A DNA stretch of 63,941 nucleotides, filler included, from Rhabdomonas costata (GCA_019059605.1; 56 parts of 56 records of this genome joined end to end with filler, not necessarily neighbours in it); one strand, 5' to 3'; shown: positions 51,478 to 63,941, numbered from the whole stretch's first letter. Numbers and translations are program-made. The notes: generated by a model not told the origin, from the sequence alone.

Positions 51478-52476
51478 TTGGTGCTTGTGATGTCAATTGC
51501 GTTGATGGGTGCTCTTGCCGTCGTATTAAAGGCAGATTTGGCCAGTGTCTTCTTCCCGTCAAGGTTTGCGAGGCCACCTTTGGGCACAATGAGGCTGCAG
51601 ATTTTCGAGTCCGACAATGAAGATGCGGTAATCACACGAAGCCTTGACATACGCGGTACCGCGGTGGTGTTTGCCCATGCAGGTTCTGGGCTGCAGCGGT
51701 ACCTGGAATGGCTCGCCTGGCGATGCATCGCCACCGTCACTGTACAGCAGGCAGAAGGGCGCCAAAGGCAGCGCCGGCTGGGACTGGTCAACCGATGCAA
51801 CAGCTCTCTTCCGGTCGTGCAGGCCGTGCTTCTTCCCATTATTGGGGAGGAACAACTGATCAAAATCACCGGGTGCAAAATGACTCATGTGATTCACTTT
51901 GAACGGATGTCGCGGAGGGCCAGTTCGGTTGCTCGGCTGCTGGACGAGGGAATGAGACTGCCGAACGGGTCCGCAACCATCCTGACGCCCGAGATGAGGG
52001 TTGAGTTTTCATGCAATGTGACACGCGTGGAACAAGAGTCTTTGGTCATGGACCGTGTTGCAGATACTCAGGCGGCCCTGACTCAGCTGGGGAAGGCCCT
52101 GGGACTCACTATTCCTGCGCTCATTTTGGAGGAAGACGCCCACCACTTCCGGCACTTCAACAGCTGGTGGGATCGCTCCGATCTGCTGGAGAGAGTGGAC
52201 CTGCAGAGGACAGAGTTCCTTAGGGCCAATAGGCGATGCGCAGAGGGTGGGCGCTTCCTGACAAAGCTTCAGGGTGAGGTTTTGGGGGGCGATTATGGCG
52301 GGAAGGGGTGCCCCACCAACCGCTCCTTTGACTGTGCGTACTGTGACTTGAGGCGGTTTGCAGACCGGGAGGCCAATTTCATATTGCCAGGCCCGCAGAG
52401 GTGCGGGATGTTGGTCCCCTCAGAATTTGATCGGGTCCGCCAGAAGTACCACAACCCAACCCAAACACACCCATAA
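51478..52476 (+). CDS. Intronless 332-aa type II membrane protein, possibly sulfotransferase-like fold
   Basis: Longest ORF in the window; N-terminal hydrophobic anchor; VVFAHAGSG and HVIHFER loosely echo the PAPS-loop and VIHLxR motifs (function weakly supported). Confidence 0.6.
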   Translation: MVLVMSIALMGALAVVLKADLASVFFPSRFARPPLGTMRLQIFESDNEDAVITRSLDIRGTAVVFAHAGSGLQRYLEWLAWRCIATVTVQQAEGRQRQRRLGLVNRCNSSLPVVQAVLLPIIGEEQLIKITGCKMTHVIHFERMSRRASSVARLLDEGMRLPNGSATILTPEMRVEFSCNVTRVEQESLVMDRVADTQAALTQLGKALGLTIPALILEEDAHHFRHFNSWWDRSDLLERVDLQRTEFLRANRRCAEGGRFLTKLQGEVLGGDYGGKGCPTNRSFDCAYCDLRRFADREANFILPGPQRCGMLVPSEFDRVRQKYHNPTQTHP

Positions 52477-52621
52477 TGTTTTTGGGGGTATGCTTTGGCA
52501 GAAAGAGAGGTCAGCGCCNNNNNNNNNNNNNNNNNNNNNNNNNNNNNNNNNNNNNNNNNNNNTTAATTAATTAANNNNNNNNNNNNNNNNNNNNNNNNNN
52601 NNNNNNNNNNNNNNNNNNAGA

Positions 52622-52804
52622 TTGTTGCTGGTTACACCACTGTGGCCGGATGCCCCGTGGTACCCGTTGCTAAAGGATCTCACGGTTAGAAGTGTGGAGT
52701 GGCAAGGAAGGCTATATTTGGATAAATCTGGGAAGTTGAGACCCAGACCCAAGTGGGCTACGTTGTTTTCTTACGTGGTAGGAAAAGAAGTGGAAGGTAT
52801 ATGA
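52622..52804 (+). mobile_element. C-terminal tail of DIRS-type methyltransferase-like (MT/Dam) retroelement domain
   Basis: LLVTPLWPDAPWYPLL matches the LxxPxWPxxxWxPxL motif of DIRS-associated MT domains. Confidence 0.6.
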
Positions 52805-53489
52805 GCATTGAGAAAGACTGGATATATGGAGTCTCACGAAGTGGAGCAGCGGATATACGTGAAAGAGATTGGATAAAGTGGACGGTTTTGGTAGTTCATT
52901 GTTGATTCTTGTTGTCCTTTTGTTTCAGCTGGTGAAGTGCAGCCAAAGGTGGACGAGGAGACCCAGTCGCGTATGTTCAGAGGTGATAAAGAGGTGATAA
53001 ATTGGAAAGAGAGCGAAAGAGAGAGTCAGTGTGGAGCCAAGACTTTCCATGAGAGGATAAACGTGCGAGAGAGGGAGTGAAACAAGATATACTGTGGAGT
53101 GGAGCAGAGCTATATTGTGGTGGCGAGCCGTTAGAGAGATCGGTCGTCGGTCGTCAGAGAGACGCCCTCCGCCCTAGCAGGGGAGTGTGTAACGGCTCAG
53201 GACACGTAGGAGAGCCTTCGAGTGGGTGAAAAAGATAAAGAACACTTTGGTGTTCGCCGTCGTGAGAAATTTCAGACTGATTTTCGACGGAGTAGAGAGA
53301 GTGGGCGATATACGAGATTTGAGTGGAATGGTTGACGAGCTAAAGATTGGAAGTTCAGCGCTTGAGTTGAGAAGAGAGGAGAGCGTTGTTGCTGCAAGAG
53401 CAGAGATAAATTCTGTTGGTGAGATGGGACTTCAGAATGATAAAACCATTGGAGGAAGTCACGGAAGAAGGTTTGGAGATCCTCCAGGG

Positions 53490-53662
53490 ATGCTGATGCC
53501 GAAAGCCGTAGGACCGTTTACCATTGTAAAGAAGATTACTGACACGACTTTTGTTCTGGATATACCGAAGGAGCTGAGAGGCAGAGCACATCCAGTGTTC
53601 CACTCGAGCGACCTCATCCCTTACGAGACGCGAGTTTTAGATCCCGTGGGGATGTTGCCAGA
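53490..53662 (+). mobile_element. Ty3/gypsy integrase C-terminal GPY/F (SH3-like) module, partial
   Basis: LMPKAVGPFTIVKKITDTTFVLDIP...HPVFHSSDLIPY matches LxPxxxGPFxI...LxLP...HPVFHVSxLxPY. Confidence 0.88.
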
Positions 53663-54025
53663 NNNNNNNNNNNNNNNNNNNNNNNNNNNNNNNNNNNNNN
53701 NNNNNNTTAATTAATTAANNNNNNNNNNNNNNNNNNNNNNNNNNNNNNNNNNNNNNNNNNNNGGACCCAATCCTGGGCTGCACATCCCCAAGAACTGTTT
53801 TCCATTGCTGAGGGGGTCGTTCTTCCTTCATGGAGCTGCCGCTAGGTTGCCTCCTGGCGCAGTAAAATTGATAACTCGTTTGTGAAGCCATCAGAGTGAA
53901 GATTTGAGCCGAAGTAAAGGTCCAACCCCGCATTGCTGGGGTGACCCCTGACGGAAGGCCAGCGGAGGATTAATGGGCGCTGCTGGAGAAGAACCCAGGC
54001 CGACCAAAAAAGAAATCTCCACTAA

Positions 54026-54314
54026 CACGCGCAAACCTCGCGTTCGGGAATAGCATGACCCACTTTGCCTGCGGCAGGGTCCGGATCTGGCTAGCCAGGA
54101 ACATCAGCCCAGAGCCCGCCACGCAGCCCACTTCCAGCACAGCCGCGGGGCGCCGGGTCAGAGCGACTTCCTCCCCTTTCAGCACTCTCTCAAAGGTGTG
54201 CATGGCTCGCGGAGGGGTCCACGGGCGCGAGGCGCAACCCGCACAGCACGGCCCCGTGGCAGAGCTTCGAGAAGCCAGCACTGCCACCGCAAAGGGATCG
54301 TCCAGAGCTATCAT
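54026..54314 (-). CDS. Probable exon, uncharacterised protein
   Basis: GC-rich open frame ...AAVLEVGCVAGSGLMFLASQIRTLPQAKWVMLFPNARFAR|gttagt. Confidence 0.45.
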
Positions 54315-54906
54315 CCTAACCCAAGAAAGAAAACAACCAAGCGAAACGTCGGGTATTCATGCAATGCTAGGAGTTCAGAAAGCACACAGCACAAAGCACA
54401 CAAATAACAAAGCAAAAAAGCAATGCACATGTAGCAAAACACGTGACCACGAAAGCGATTCGTCTGAGTAGTATTGGGAAGGGTCCCCCATAGGCTGCAG
54501 GATACCAAGTTCGCTTCGGCAGCGTGACCGATTGAATTCATAGGAGTGCAGCATACCATTTCTGTTGCGGGGAACCCTCGCGAATCACCGAGTGAGCCCC
54601 GGCGCCAAACTTCCTCAGCTGGCTGGTGTTCAGGGCGGACAGGGAGGTCCGCAACACTCCCACCAGGCACAGCGCCATCACACCCAAAAGAATCCTCCGC
54701 AACCGCATGGAAGGCAACACTCGCCCCACACAAACAGTTTCGAACGGGATCCACCGGACGTCACCCCGGAAACAAGAATCCGAAAGAGAAATATGCAAAA
54801 AAAACANNNNNNNNNNNNNNNNNNNNNNNNNNNNNNNNNNNNNNNNNNNNTTAATTAATTAANNNNNNNNNNNNNNNNNNNNNNNNNNNNNNNNNNNNNN
54901 NNNNNN

Positions 54907-55030
54907 ATGGCCTCTAGCGTGGCTCTAAACCGAAGCATTCCGGCCCACTCCGGTACCAGCATCAAGTACTCCTGGGCTCTACCCTTAGGGATGCTAAGCA
55001 GGCCCGGCCGAAAGCTTAGGCTCAGCATGC
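54907..55030 (+). repeat. Dispersed repeat of about 125 bp, copy 2 (see 12360-12484)
   Basis: High identity to the end of contig 11440-12484. Confidence 0.9.
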
Positions 55031-55371
55031 AGGCCTGCAAAGGGCGCAAAAAGGGCCCTGCAAGCCTATGTTGAGTGCACCCGGGGCCCTTGAAGTTTTT
55101 TAAGTCGAAAATGCCTTTAAAAGGTCCAAAATGGGACCTTCACGGGGCCATATCTCGGTGTAGAGAAGGGCTCCGAGGCCGGGAAGCGGCCAACCAACTC
55201 ATCTCAGGAGTACCATACCACCAAGTAGGAGCCCCAACCCGTCACTCTAGCTCGTCACTCTAGCTCGAGTTCTGAGGTCAATGTTAGTTTCTCACGAAAC
55301 CCCAGTTAGCTCCATACCCAAGGAAACGTTGTCATGAACGACACTTCCGACACTTGGGCAGCAGTGCTAAC

Positions 55372-55607
55372 CGTTCGGTAGGATGCCAAAAGCATATGTA
55401 AGTGCCGCGAAATCCATGCTGGAGCCCCTGCTGAGCGCCTCCATGGCCTTCGTGACTGGGAATCCCCGCAAGACGCCCTCCGTGGTCAAGGTCTTCCAGT
55501 GGCTGGAGTGGAGACGCTTCTGCTGCCGCCAGCGCTCCCTGGTAACAAACTTTCTGAGCACACTTGCGGAATAAATCAGCAACGTAGCGTCCACGTTTTT
55601 GCAGTCC
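55372..55607 (-). CDS. Internal exon, uncharacterised protein
   Basis: atacag|...DCKNVDATLLIYSASVLRKFVTRERW...TYAFGILPN|gttagc. Confidence 0.5.
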
Positions 55608-57271
55608 CTGTATGTGTTTGTTCACGTGTATGATTGTGCGAAAAAAGGAAAGAAAAGAAACACACACACACACACGTGAAGGAGAGGAAAGAAAAGAAAA
55701 GCTGCCCCTAACCTAAGACGCGCGCATCCTGGGTGCTCGCACGGAGGGTCCTATAGCTCTGTTATCAGACGTGGGGTGTCGGCTCACCAGTCAACAGGCC
55801 AAGACAGATGCGGAGTGTGGTGCTCCACAAAGCACGAGAATGAAAGTGGGACTGTGCACCGAGAGGGAAGAGGGGCGTGGGACATGGGTAACCGCTAACA
55901 GTGGAACGTATCAGTGTTAGCGGTTACCCATGCCCCACACCCCCAAACCCNNNNNNNNNNNNNNNNNNNNNNNNNNNNNNNNNNNNNNNNNNNNTTAATT
56001 AATTAANNNNNNNNNNNNNNNNNNNNNNNNNNNNNNNNNNNNNNNNNNNNGGGGCTTTGGAGACATTGAATGCAATGCGTTGAGTAGGAAGGTCAGCGAG
56101 CTGCGCGGTGGCGGTAGGTGTGGGCATGGGCGCATTATTGGTGCAGCAGCAGCCTTTTTCCGTGTCCAGGTGGCGCTTTATGGAGGACCTGCGTAGGGAT
56201 GCAGGCATTCGTTTCATCTCAGGGCTGGTACTGAACTTGCCATTCGGTATGTTGCGAAGACGTCACTGGCCGCTCCTCGGGGATAGGAAAACCATATGTC
56301 GTCAGACCGGACATTCCCCATTTCGAGCCCTTTGCTGACACGCTGCCTCCGTCTTCCATCACCCCCCTCCATTCCGTCCCTTCAGGTGAGAAGGTCTTGC
56401 ACCGCACTATGCAACACAACTGCTCTCTCTCATTGTCTCTTTGTGGTGGGGAGCGTGGTGGGGGTTAGTGCTGTGGTTGGGTGCCCCCTCCCCGTTGGTT
56501 CGCTTGCCTGCTGGCGCCTTTGCCCACCAACCTCCCATCCCTTCTCGCAGCGCCGCAGCTGCTAATGTGTTTGCATATTGTCCTGTGTGCATCAGCACCC
56601 CCCCCCTCCCCCACACCCGCAATTTAGAGGAACCGTCACAGGTGTGAATTGGGATTACAAAGAAGGTTTTGCAGAGGTTACAGGATAGTAGATGTCACAT
56701 CGGCGGAAGGAGTCACAATGACAGCCACCTACTGCACAGTCACATTGACAATGGCAATGACAGGCAACAAGGAAACAAAAATAGACAAAAAGTCTTCAAT
56801 GATGTCGGGATGGTGGGGGGAGGGAAAGGCGAGGGTTGGGGGAATAGAGAGAGCTGGCGGGTGGAGTTGAGTTAAGTATCCAGAATAGAGGTCAAAGCAC
56901 AGGAACCAAAAAAAAGTTCGCAGGGGAAAACAGGGCAAGGCGTATGCACCGTAGTGATTTGAACAAGATCGTATCGGTGGTTCTGATAACGGATGTGGAC
57001 GTGGGGCATAAAAACGGTTCATCACTTCACGCACCAACCCATGCGTATGGGCCTGTGATTCAATAACACTACCCGGTAAAGATCATCATGCCANNNNNNN
57101 NNNNNNNNNNNNNNNNNNNNNNNNNNNNNNNNNNNNNTTAATTAATTAANNNNNNNNNNNNNNNNNNNNNNNNNNNNNNNNNNNNNNNNNNNNGGGGGGT
57201 GTGTGTGTGTCTAAGACACGTAAACCCGCGTGTGTTGTTGCATCCCCCTGCCTTGCCCGCTTTGCCTCCAG

Positions 57272-57675
57272 AGCCGACTCCCCTCTGGGTGCATCGCCCT
57301 CCAAGATCTCCGTCTCCTCCCCAACGTCACCAGCACCAGCTGCGGGGACTGCCCTGGGATCCTCTCTCGAGGGCCTCCCCTCCTCGGGCTTCCCCGCAGG
57401 CACCCTGACCACGCCTCAGTCTCCCCCTCCACCCCCATCCTCGGTCGGCGCAGAGGCGGCGCTTTCGATGTCCTGCTCTCAGGGCTCGCAGGTGTCTTCG
57501 TTCTGCCTCTCCGTGTCGGTGCGCTCGGGCACATCAGAGGGCGTGGCCGGGCTGGCGAGCAGCGGGGGCTCCGCGGAGTTGGAGACCGAGCTGGCGAGGG
57601 ACGAGCAGGCCTTCGAGGCCGCAGTGCGGGGGTACAAGGAGGCCCTGCACCGCCAGGCCAGGCTCTGGACCAATG
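57272..57675 (+). CDS. Ser/Pro-rich exon ending in a helical segment, probable GC donor
   Basis: cctccag|...ADSPLGASPSK...ELETELARDEQAFEAAVRGYKEALHRQARLWTN G|gcacga. Confidence 0.6.
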
Positions 57676-60193
57676 GCACGAGCTTTCGTTTGCAGACTAG
57701 AAATAGAAAGCCCCCATGAAAAACCACGAGCGCTTCAAAAAACGAGTAACTATGATGGTTTGGAAAAGACGATGACTCACCCCTTGCAGAAGGAAACCAA
57801 AAAGCACCCCACTTTTTTACTATTTTCCCAGTCGTCCCTGCATTGGTCCTCAGACACACGCACGGCATTGCCAGCCCTCCCTCCCTCCTCATCGCTATAA
57901 AATGATCGTTATAACGATTGCTATAAAGTTTGAAAACAAAACAAGAACAAAATGTGGGCCCATTTTTGAGGTGGTGTTTTTTGGTCGCCAGGTCTGAGCC
58001 GGTAGCCAGAAGAGAGAGGCGCTTTTCCGGCCCGAGCCAATCACAAAACGCTCTACCACATTACACCACATCCCATCACACCTACGGCGTGTGGCTTTGC
58101 TTGCCTCTCTAACGCGACGCTCCCGTGTCTGTCTGACAGAGTTCTGTAAACCCCAGTACCGGACTCTCAATTTTTTTTTGCGACAGCTGCTTCTGCCGAT
58201 CGGCGAGTCAGTGCCTCCCCTGTGCACCCCCCCCCCNNNNNNNNNNNNNNNNNNNNNNNNNNNNNNNNNNNNNNNNNNNNTTAATTAATTAANNNNNNNN
58301 NNNNNNNNNNNNNNNNNNNNNNNNNNNNNNNNNNNNGGGGACTTTGCATCGGGAACACGCAGGACAACGACAAGTAAGGAACCGTTGAAACGATGAAGGG
58401 GAAACGGGAAAAAAAACGGAATATCACGCGCTCTTGAAAGTAACCGAGTGATTTAAGTGCATTATAACCTGGTATTATCGGAAACCGACACCGCTTCAAG
58501 GATTTAGATTCCTCTGAAGGTACTCTGCTGACTTAGGCATGGAATAAACAGAGCAAAACAGCACCTGAGGTAGTTGTGGGGTTATTGCGATTATGAAGTT
58601 CTGCGCGTTTCGGAATGGAGCTAGTTGAATTCCTTCATCGAAAGAATACACACCGCTCGTCACACGCGTAAGTGCTTGCATAGCCAAGACCAATGAGTGA
58701 GCAAAGGAAACCAAGACAATGGTGTGGATTCAGATTGCGACTTTCGTGGGGTGCCTTCCAACCAAAAGTGATCTGTGGACAGAGAAACGTCCGACCGACA
58801 CCGGAGCACTCGCATTAAAAGCCAAGCAACAAATGAAGTGGGTCCATTGTTCAGTATAACTGTTAAAATGTCGCTCTGAGTATCAGCTCAAGACATCTCA
58901 GGGTCAGCTCCAGCAAGAATAAAGCGAAGACATTCCCGGCTATTAGGAATGACCCTCATTCTGCACTCACTTTGGGTGGCTTGCTGCTGGCACTTTCAAA
59001 TGGGATCAAAGGCATTACAAAACAGATCAAGCGCCAGCTGTTCACGAAAAGTGCAACTAGTGCTGCAAGGGATGGGCATCGAACCCAGAAATACTCGGGT
59101 GGAGTCAATCGCCGCCACCCCCAAGCTTCCTCTCTCCCTTGCTGTTTGATAATGGAAAAACACAGGAAAGGGGGGAGGGGTACCACAATTGCGCCGCGCC
59201 CATGCGCGCGCGAAGCAAGGAATGAAAAGAAAAACGGCACTTAATTCTCCAGAGAGAAAGAGAGAAGGAAACCCCAAGCGCATCCAGAAACCGCCCGGAG
59301 ACAGGGATACTGTCGAACGAGCAAAATCGTCGAACGGGACAAAAGAACCACCAGAAGCTCACGACCCGGNNNNNNNNNNNNNNNNNNNNNNNNNNNNNNN
59401 NNNNNNNNNNNNNTTAATTAATTAANNNNNNNNNNNNNNNNNNNNNNNNNNNNNNNNNNNNNNNNNNNNTTTGGTTTTGATATTGTTCCGCGCCGCAGTA
59501 GGTGACCGAATGTGACAGATACTCCATTCAACTTTAGCCGCTCGCGGCATTTCTGCGAGAATTTTGTGCCCCATTATGAGGGGAGAAGTTTTAGGCGCCA
59601 AATCTCAGAAGTTGCAAATGTAAAAAGGGCAAACATACTGAAATAGCTGTGCCGACTACATGTCCAACTGGAGGCGGCGGTGGACGAGTTCCCGGAAAAT
59701 GATCACGCGTATTAACTCAAGAGTTTGGTTTGTATGACAGAAATATTAGAAAAACATTAAGAGTTTCAACAAAGGCCCACACAATTAATTAGAAATTAGA
59801 AGCATAATAACGCGAAAATTTCCATTAGATCCATTCCCACACCGGATCAAGAAAAGGCGCAAAGCTAACAACCGGAGGTAAACATCAGAAAGGTCACAGC
59901 ACTGTGTTCCGCAAGAACAGCGCAAGAAAAAGCTAAGACATTCAAATTCCAACATTCGGGTTCGTAATGAATTTTCAAAGTCGTCTTCTTTCTCTGCTGG
60001 CTTGTGCTGCTTCTGGATGTTCTTCGGCTTTGGGCTGGTTGGGCTTCGTGGAAACACAACAGGAACTTCATGAAGTTCGATTTAGGCACAAGGGCGCATG
60101 TTATCTCCTCATCTGCAATGTCCTGTGTGACCCGGATGTTTACAAAAAACGCCCGCAACCTGATTTCGGTGCTGCCATCATGGTTTGCGACAG

Positions 60194-60512
60194 GTGGACA
60201 TCCTCAGCAACTATGCCAAGACCGCCCAAGAACGAGACCTTTCCAAATCTCTGAAGGATGATCTGAAATATTGCAAGTGGAGCAGATTCCTGTTCAAACC
60301 CGAGGTGGCCTGCCTCAATAAGTTCGTCAACATCATTGACACGAACAACCTCAAGTGGCCGTATCTCGTGCAGCCATCTGTCCGTCTTCTGCAGCACCCA
60401 ATGAGTCTCCGCGTCTCGCAGAACAGAGAGAAGACGGCTTCTATGAATACCACGTTTCACTTCACCCGGAGGAAGATGTCACACCAGAGCACAGAGACTT
60501 CCACAAAAAACC
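60194..60512 (+). CDS. Exon of uncharacterised protein
   Basis: cgacag|VDILSNYAKTAQERDLSKSLKDDLKYCKWSRFLFKPEVACLNKFVNIIDTNNLKWPY...; coding-like codon usage. Confidence 0.55.
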
Positions 60513-60785
60513 NNNNNNNNNNNNNNNNNNNNNNNNNNNNNNNNNNNNNNNNNNNNTTAATTAATTAANNNNNNNNNNNNNNNNNNNNNNNNNNNNNNNN
60601 NNNNNNNNNNNNGTGGTGTGGTCAGCATTCGCTGGTGTCTTCAGCATATTGAGGAAATTCATTTCATATGTCGTTGCATTGGAAAGCTGAGTAGGAATGA
60701 AATTTAGCCCCTCTGGCCGCAATTGACAATTCACAATTGACCCCACCTTTCTGCCTCTTCTCCACAATGTGCTCACACCCACGAG

Positions 60786-61201
60786 ATAAGGGCAAGCTGA
60801 CCGTAGTGCTCGATTTGGACGAGGTCTCACCTGCCTTGCACTTTGGAACCTTTCCCTACCTTTTGAACGTTGCTGACTTCAAGACATCTGCTTCTCAGCT
60901 TTCGTTACACTTGCTGCAGAGCTCTGCGAGGGCGAATATATCTTCAGAATCACCTGCGTATTTCACCCTGTGGTAGGTCCCGATGAGGATTCATGCCAAG
61001 AAACCGAAATGATAGTGATAGTAATGATAGTTGTTGTTGCCTATCAATCAGACCCTCATCTACGCCAGAGAGGGCTTTGTGGAGGTGCGGCCCCACCTGC
61101 CCGAGCTGCTGACCACCCTGCTGGCCCACCGGTGCGAGGTAGTGGTGTGGACGGCTAGCCGGCGCCAGTACGCGAAGGAGGTGCTGGCGTACCTTCAGCA
61201 G
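60786..61201 (+). CDS. FCP1/SCP (NIF, HAD-family) phosphatase, exons about 60786-60823 and 61052-61201
   Basis: Spliced KLTVVLDLDE|TLIYAREGFVEVRPHLPELL...EVVVWTAS..YA restores the catalytic DLDETL motif across a GT-AG intron. Confidence 0.92.
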
Positions 61202-63941
61202 GTGAGCCTGCTGTGACGAAGGGGAGGATGGGAAACCGGGTGCCCATGGAGGCTGATTAATTTTTCCTGAGGTTATGATGATCACCTGGACTGGTATTGT
61301 GACTGTCAGACATGGCAGGTCAGCCCACAGCAAGATGGCCAGGAGGGTGGCCATCGCTGAATTTTAAGTCTTGTCTGGCATTGCATTAGTGGCAGGCGTA
61401 ATTGACCCACAGAAGTGGTGGAAATGACTTCAAGATTAGGTGAAGCTCGGGGGTGCCGGCAGTGATTGCCCTCTTTGAGGTGAGCATCACAGCAGGGTTT
61501 CGAAATGGTCATGTTGTAGGATTTCAATATGAAGACTCCCCAAAGACAGTCTTAGAAGCAATTTTGTTGGTGAGAACCGGAAGTCGATGAAGGTACCCTC
61601 TTTTCCCTTCCCTTCGTCACAGCAGGCTCACCTGCTGAAGGTACGCCACCAACCCNNNNNNNNNNNNNNNNNNNNNNNNNNNNNNNNNNNNNNNNNNNNT
61701 TAATTAATTAANNNNNNNNNNNNNNNNNNNNNNNNNNNNNNNNNNNNNNNNNNNNCGTCCTCTAGGAGAGGTTTTTTGGTCTCGCAGGGTGTGTGTAGTC
61801 TTCACTTCTTCCACTTGAGTGTTTCTTCTTCGACCATTCTTGGAACGAGGCTCCAAGTCTCAACATTCAGCAAAGGAAACCATGAATCAAATGGCTTCTA
61901 CAAGCAGCGTCGTGTCAGGTGATAGAAACGGGTGGAGATGGTAGGGCAGGTAAAAAACCAAAGCTGTGACTCCCTCCTTTTTTCGAAGGGACACAAACCA
62001 AAGCAACCCTGGCCTCCTGCAAACCCAAATTCTAAATGACGTCCAGCGACTGCTTACAAGTCAAACCAGCAAATCCACCAAAGGGCTAAAAAAGGCGCCA
62101 CATAAAAATTCTGCACAAGACTTCGTCTCCACCCCTCCCCATCTGGAGAGGTCAGCAAGAGGTCAGCACCCAAGAATGTACCAAACACTCGAAGCTCGAC
62201 AAAGAGAAGTTAGGCTTCTGTCTGGGTTGAACCCTCTAGGTGGAAGGAAAGGGAGGGCACCTGAGGTTATCCGCAAAGAGCAGCTGCACGGCCAGGGGTG
62301 AGTCCGTGGGATTGGCCACGGTGACAAAGCCTCGTGCCGTGGAGTGCACGTGGCGCATGCTAAAGTTCAGGGTGGCTTCTGGGGTGATCCGGGGTTCCAT
62401 CATCGAAGCTGAGAGCCAAGATCAGCAACACTACCACTTGCCACAGGAAATTTAGCTTTTACCACAAACCCGACAGCTGGGTGCCTCTGTGCTGACCTGG
62501 AGAACCCCTCCGCCCGCAACTTATCACCTCAATTTAAGAAACTCTGCATTAGCTGAGAAAAGACCCCCATCATTTCCCCTGCTGCTCTTCTCCATGACAA
62601 GGATGACAAGATAGTCCCCCACAGTGTGTGTGTATGCGAGTGTGTGTGTGTGTGTTTTGGGGGCTGTTCAATTCAGTGAACAACCCCGCTGTTCACGAGT
62701 AGTGTTCGCTACTTACCGTAATGTATCCCGTAGGGACGCGTGTGGCTTCCCCGCAGCAGCGCTGGTCTTCCCACAAAAACCCCAAACACACCCAACACNN
62801 NNNNNNNNNNNNNNNNNNNNNNNNNNNNNNNNNNNNNNNNNNTTAATTAATTAANNNNNNNNNNNNNNNNNNNNNNNNNNNNNNNNNNNNNNNNNNNNGG
62901 GGTGGTGGGAATGTTATGGGCTCCCTTGGCGCAATCCTCCGAACACCAGGATTCAATCGAATAGTTTTCCTGAATACCGTGAGCCTGGCGGAAGTGTACG
63001 CCTTGTTCCTGTCGCACGTTGTGAAGGTTTCCGGCCTCTCTGTGACTTCTCCTCTCCCTTCCTCCCCGTGCCACTATTGTAAGCATTGTAAGCACTCGGA
63101 GTAGAGGTTTGGGGTGGCTCCGTCTTGGACCGCACTGCTGGTTGACGTTGGGCCATTGGTTAATACCACGGGCAAGCGCCTTGCTCCAAGTATGGGAAAT
63201 TGATCACGGATCACAGTGTGCGCTCTTCTTCGCCTCACTTTCACGAACTTTTACTGGATCCTGAGTGGGAGCTTAACTCCATGCGGCTTTTGTGGTCTGG
63301 TGCCATGGTGAGTGGTGTAGGACTCCCTATTATCAGCGGCCCTGGAGGAGCTGGTGGCTTTAAGGCTGGCCGGAGTTGCTGACACGGGGCCACACCGGAA
63401 TCTCCTCCACGGAGTCTCTTTGCGAGAAGCAGTGCGGTAACATTGCTGACAGCCTGACTTCCGCCCTCGGAAAGCCGGTAAAGGTCGGGCAGCAGGCTCT
63501 TTGCATTCGAGTGGTCGAGCTGAGGGTTGCGGTGGAGCGGGTTCACGCCCCGAGGGTGGACTTTCAGACCGACCCTCGTCCGGCAGGGGGATTCGGGCGA
63601 TGTAGTTATTGCCCCGCGCGTTCGGCTGGTGCTGGGGTCCCTCTTGGAGGGGTTAGTGGCAAGTCTGCGGCTTCATGCCGTTTGCCGTTTGGGTACCGCG
63701 GGCTTCGCTGCTGCTGTGCGTGCCGCCAATATATTTTTCAAGCAGTGACGGTACTCTCGCAAGGTAGTCAAGACCGGCAACTGGGGGTAGCGGGCATGCA
63801 CACAAGCACACACCCATACAAAAATGCCAGATCACGGCACACTTTCCGTTGTGCCCGCGGACATGGCACCGGCTTATGCAGCACACACACACACACACGT
63901 TCCCATTCTCCCTTCTCTCTTTTTTCGCTGTCCTGTTCTTG

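Overview
This is not a continuous locus. It is 56 unrelated assembly contigs of about 1.04 kb each, joined by an artificial 100-nt spacer (N44-TTAATTAATTAA-N44, stops in all six frames). Adjacency across spacers is meaningless, and ORFs running into X residues are truncated or artefactual. The DNA comes from an intron-rich eukaryote: short GC-rich exons, mostly GT-AG introns plus several probable GC donors, TTAGGG repeats and microsatellites. An EHD/sarcalumenin-like GTPase and a DLDETLIYAREG FCP1-type phosphatase look euglenozoan, perhaps euglenid (inference). Recognisable gene fragments include IMPDH, an RRM protein, an ABCB transporter, an ICL/PEP-mutase family enzyme, a WWE-domain protein, a TPT/SLC35E transporter, DnaJ-A, an RNI-like LRR protein and a Thr/Pro-rich protein. 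Mobile DNA includes an AT-rich Polinton/PLV-like fragment (penton-like plus fibre-like genes), a Ty3/gypsy integrase tail next to a DIRS-type methyltransferase-like tail, a Merlin-like transposase start, an rve remnant and a decayed APE-like domain. One contig closes on itself as a 917-bp unit. Several contig ends are fold-back inversions typical of amplified (MDA) DNA. All protein assignments are from motif recognition by eye; no searches were run.
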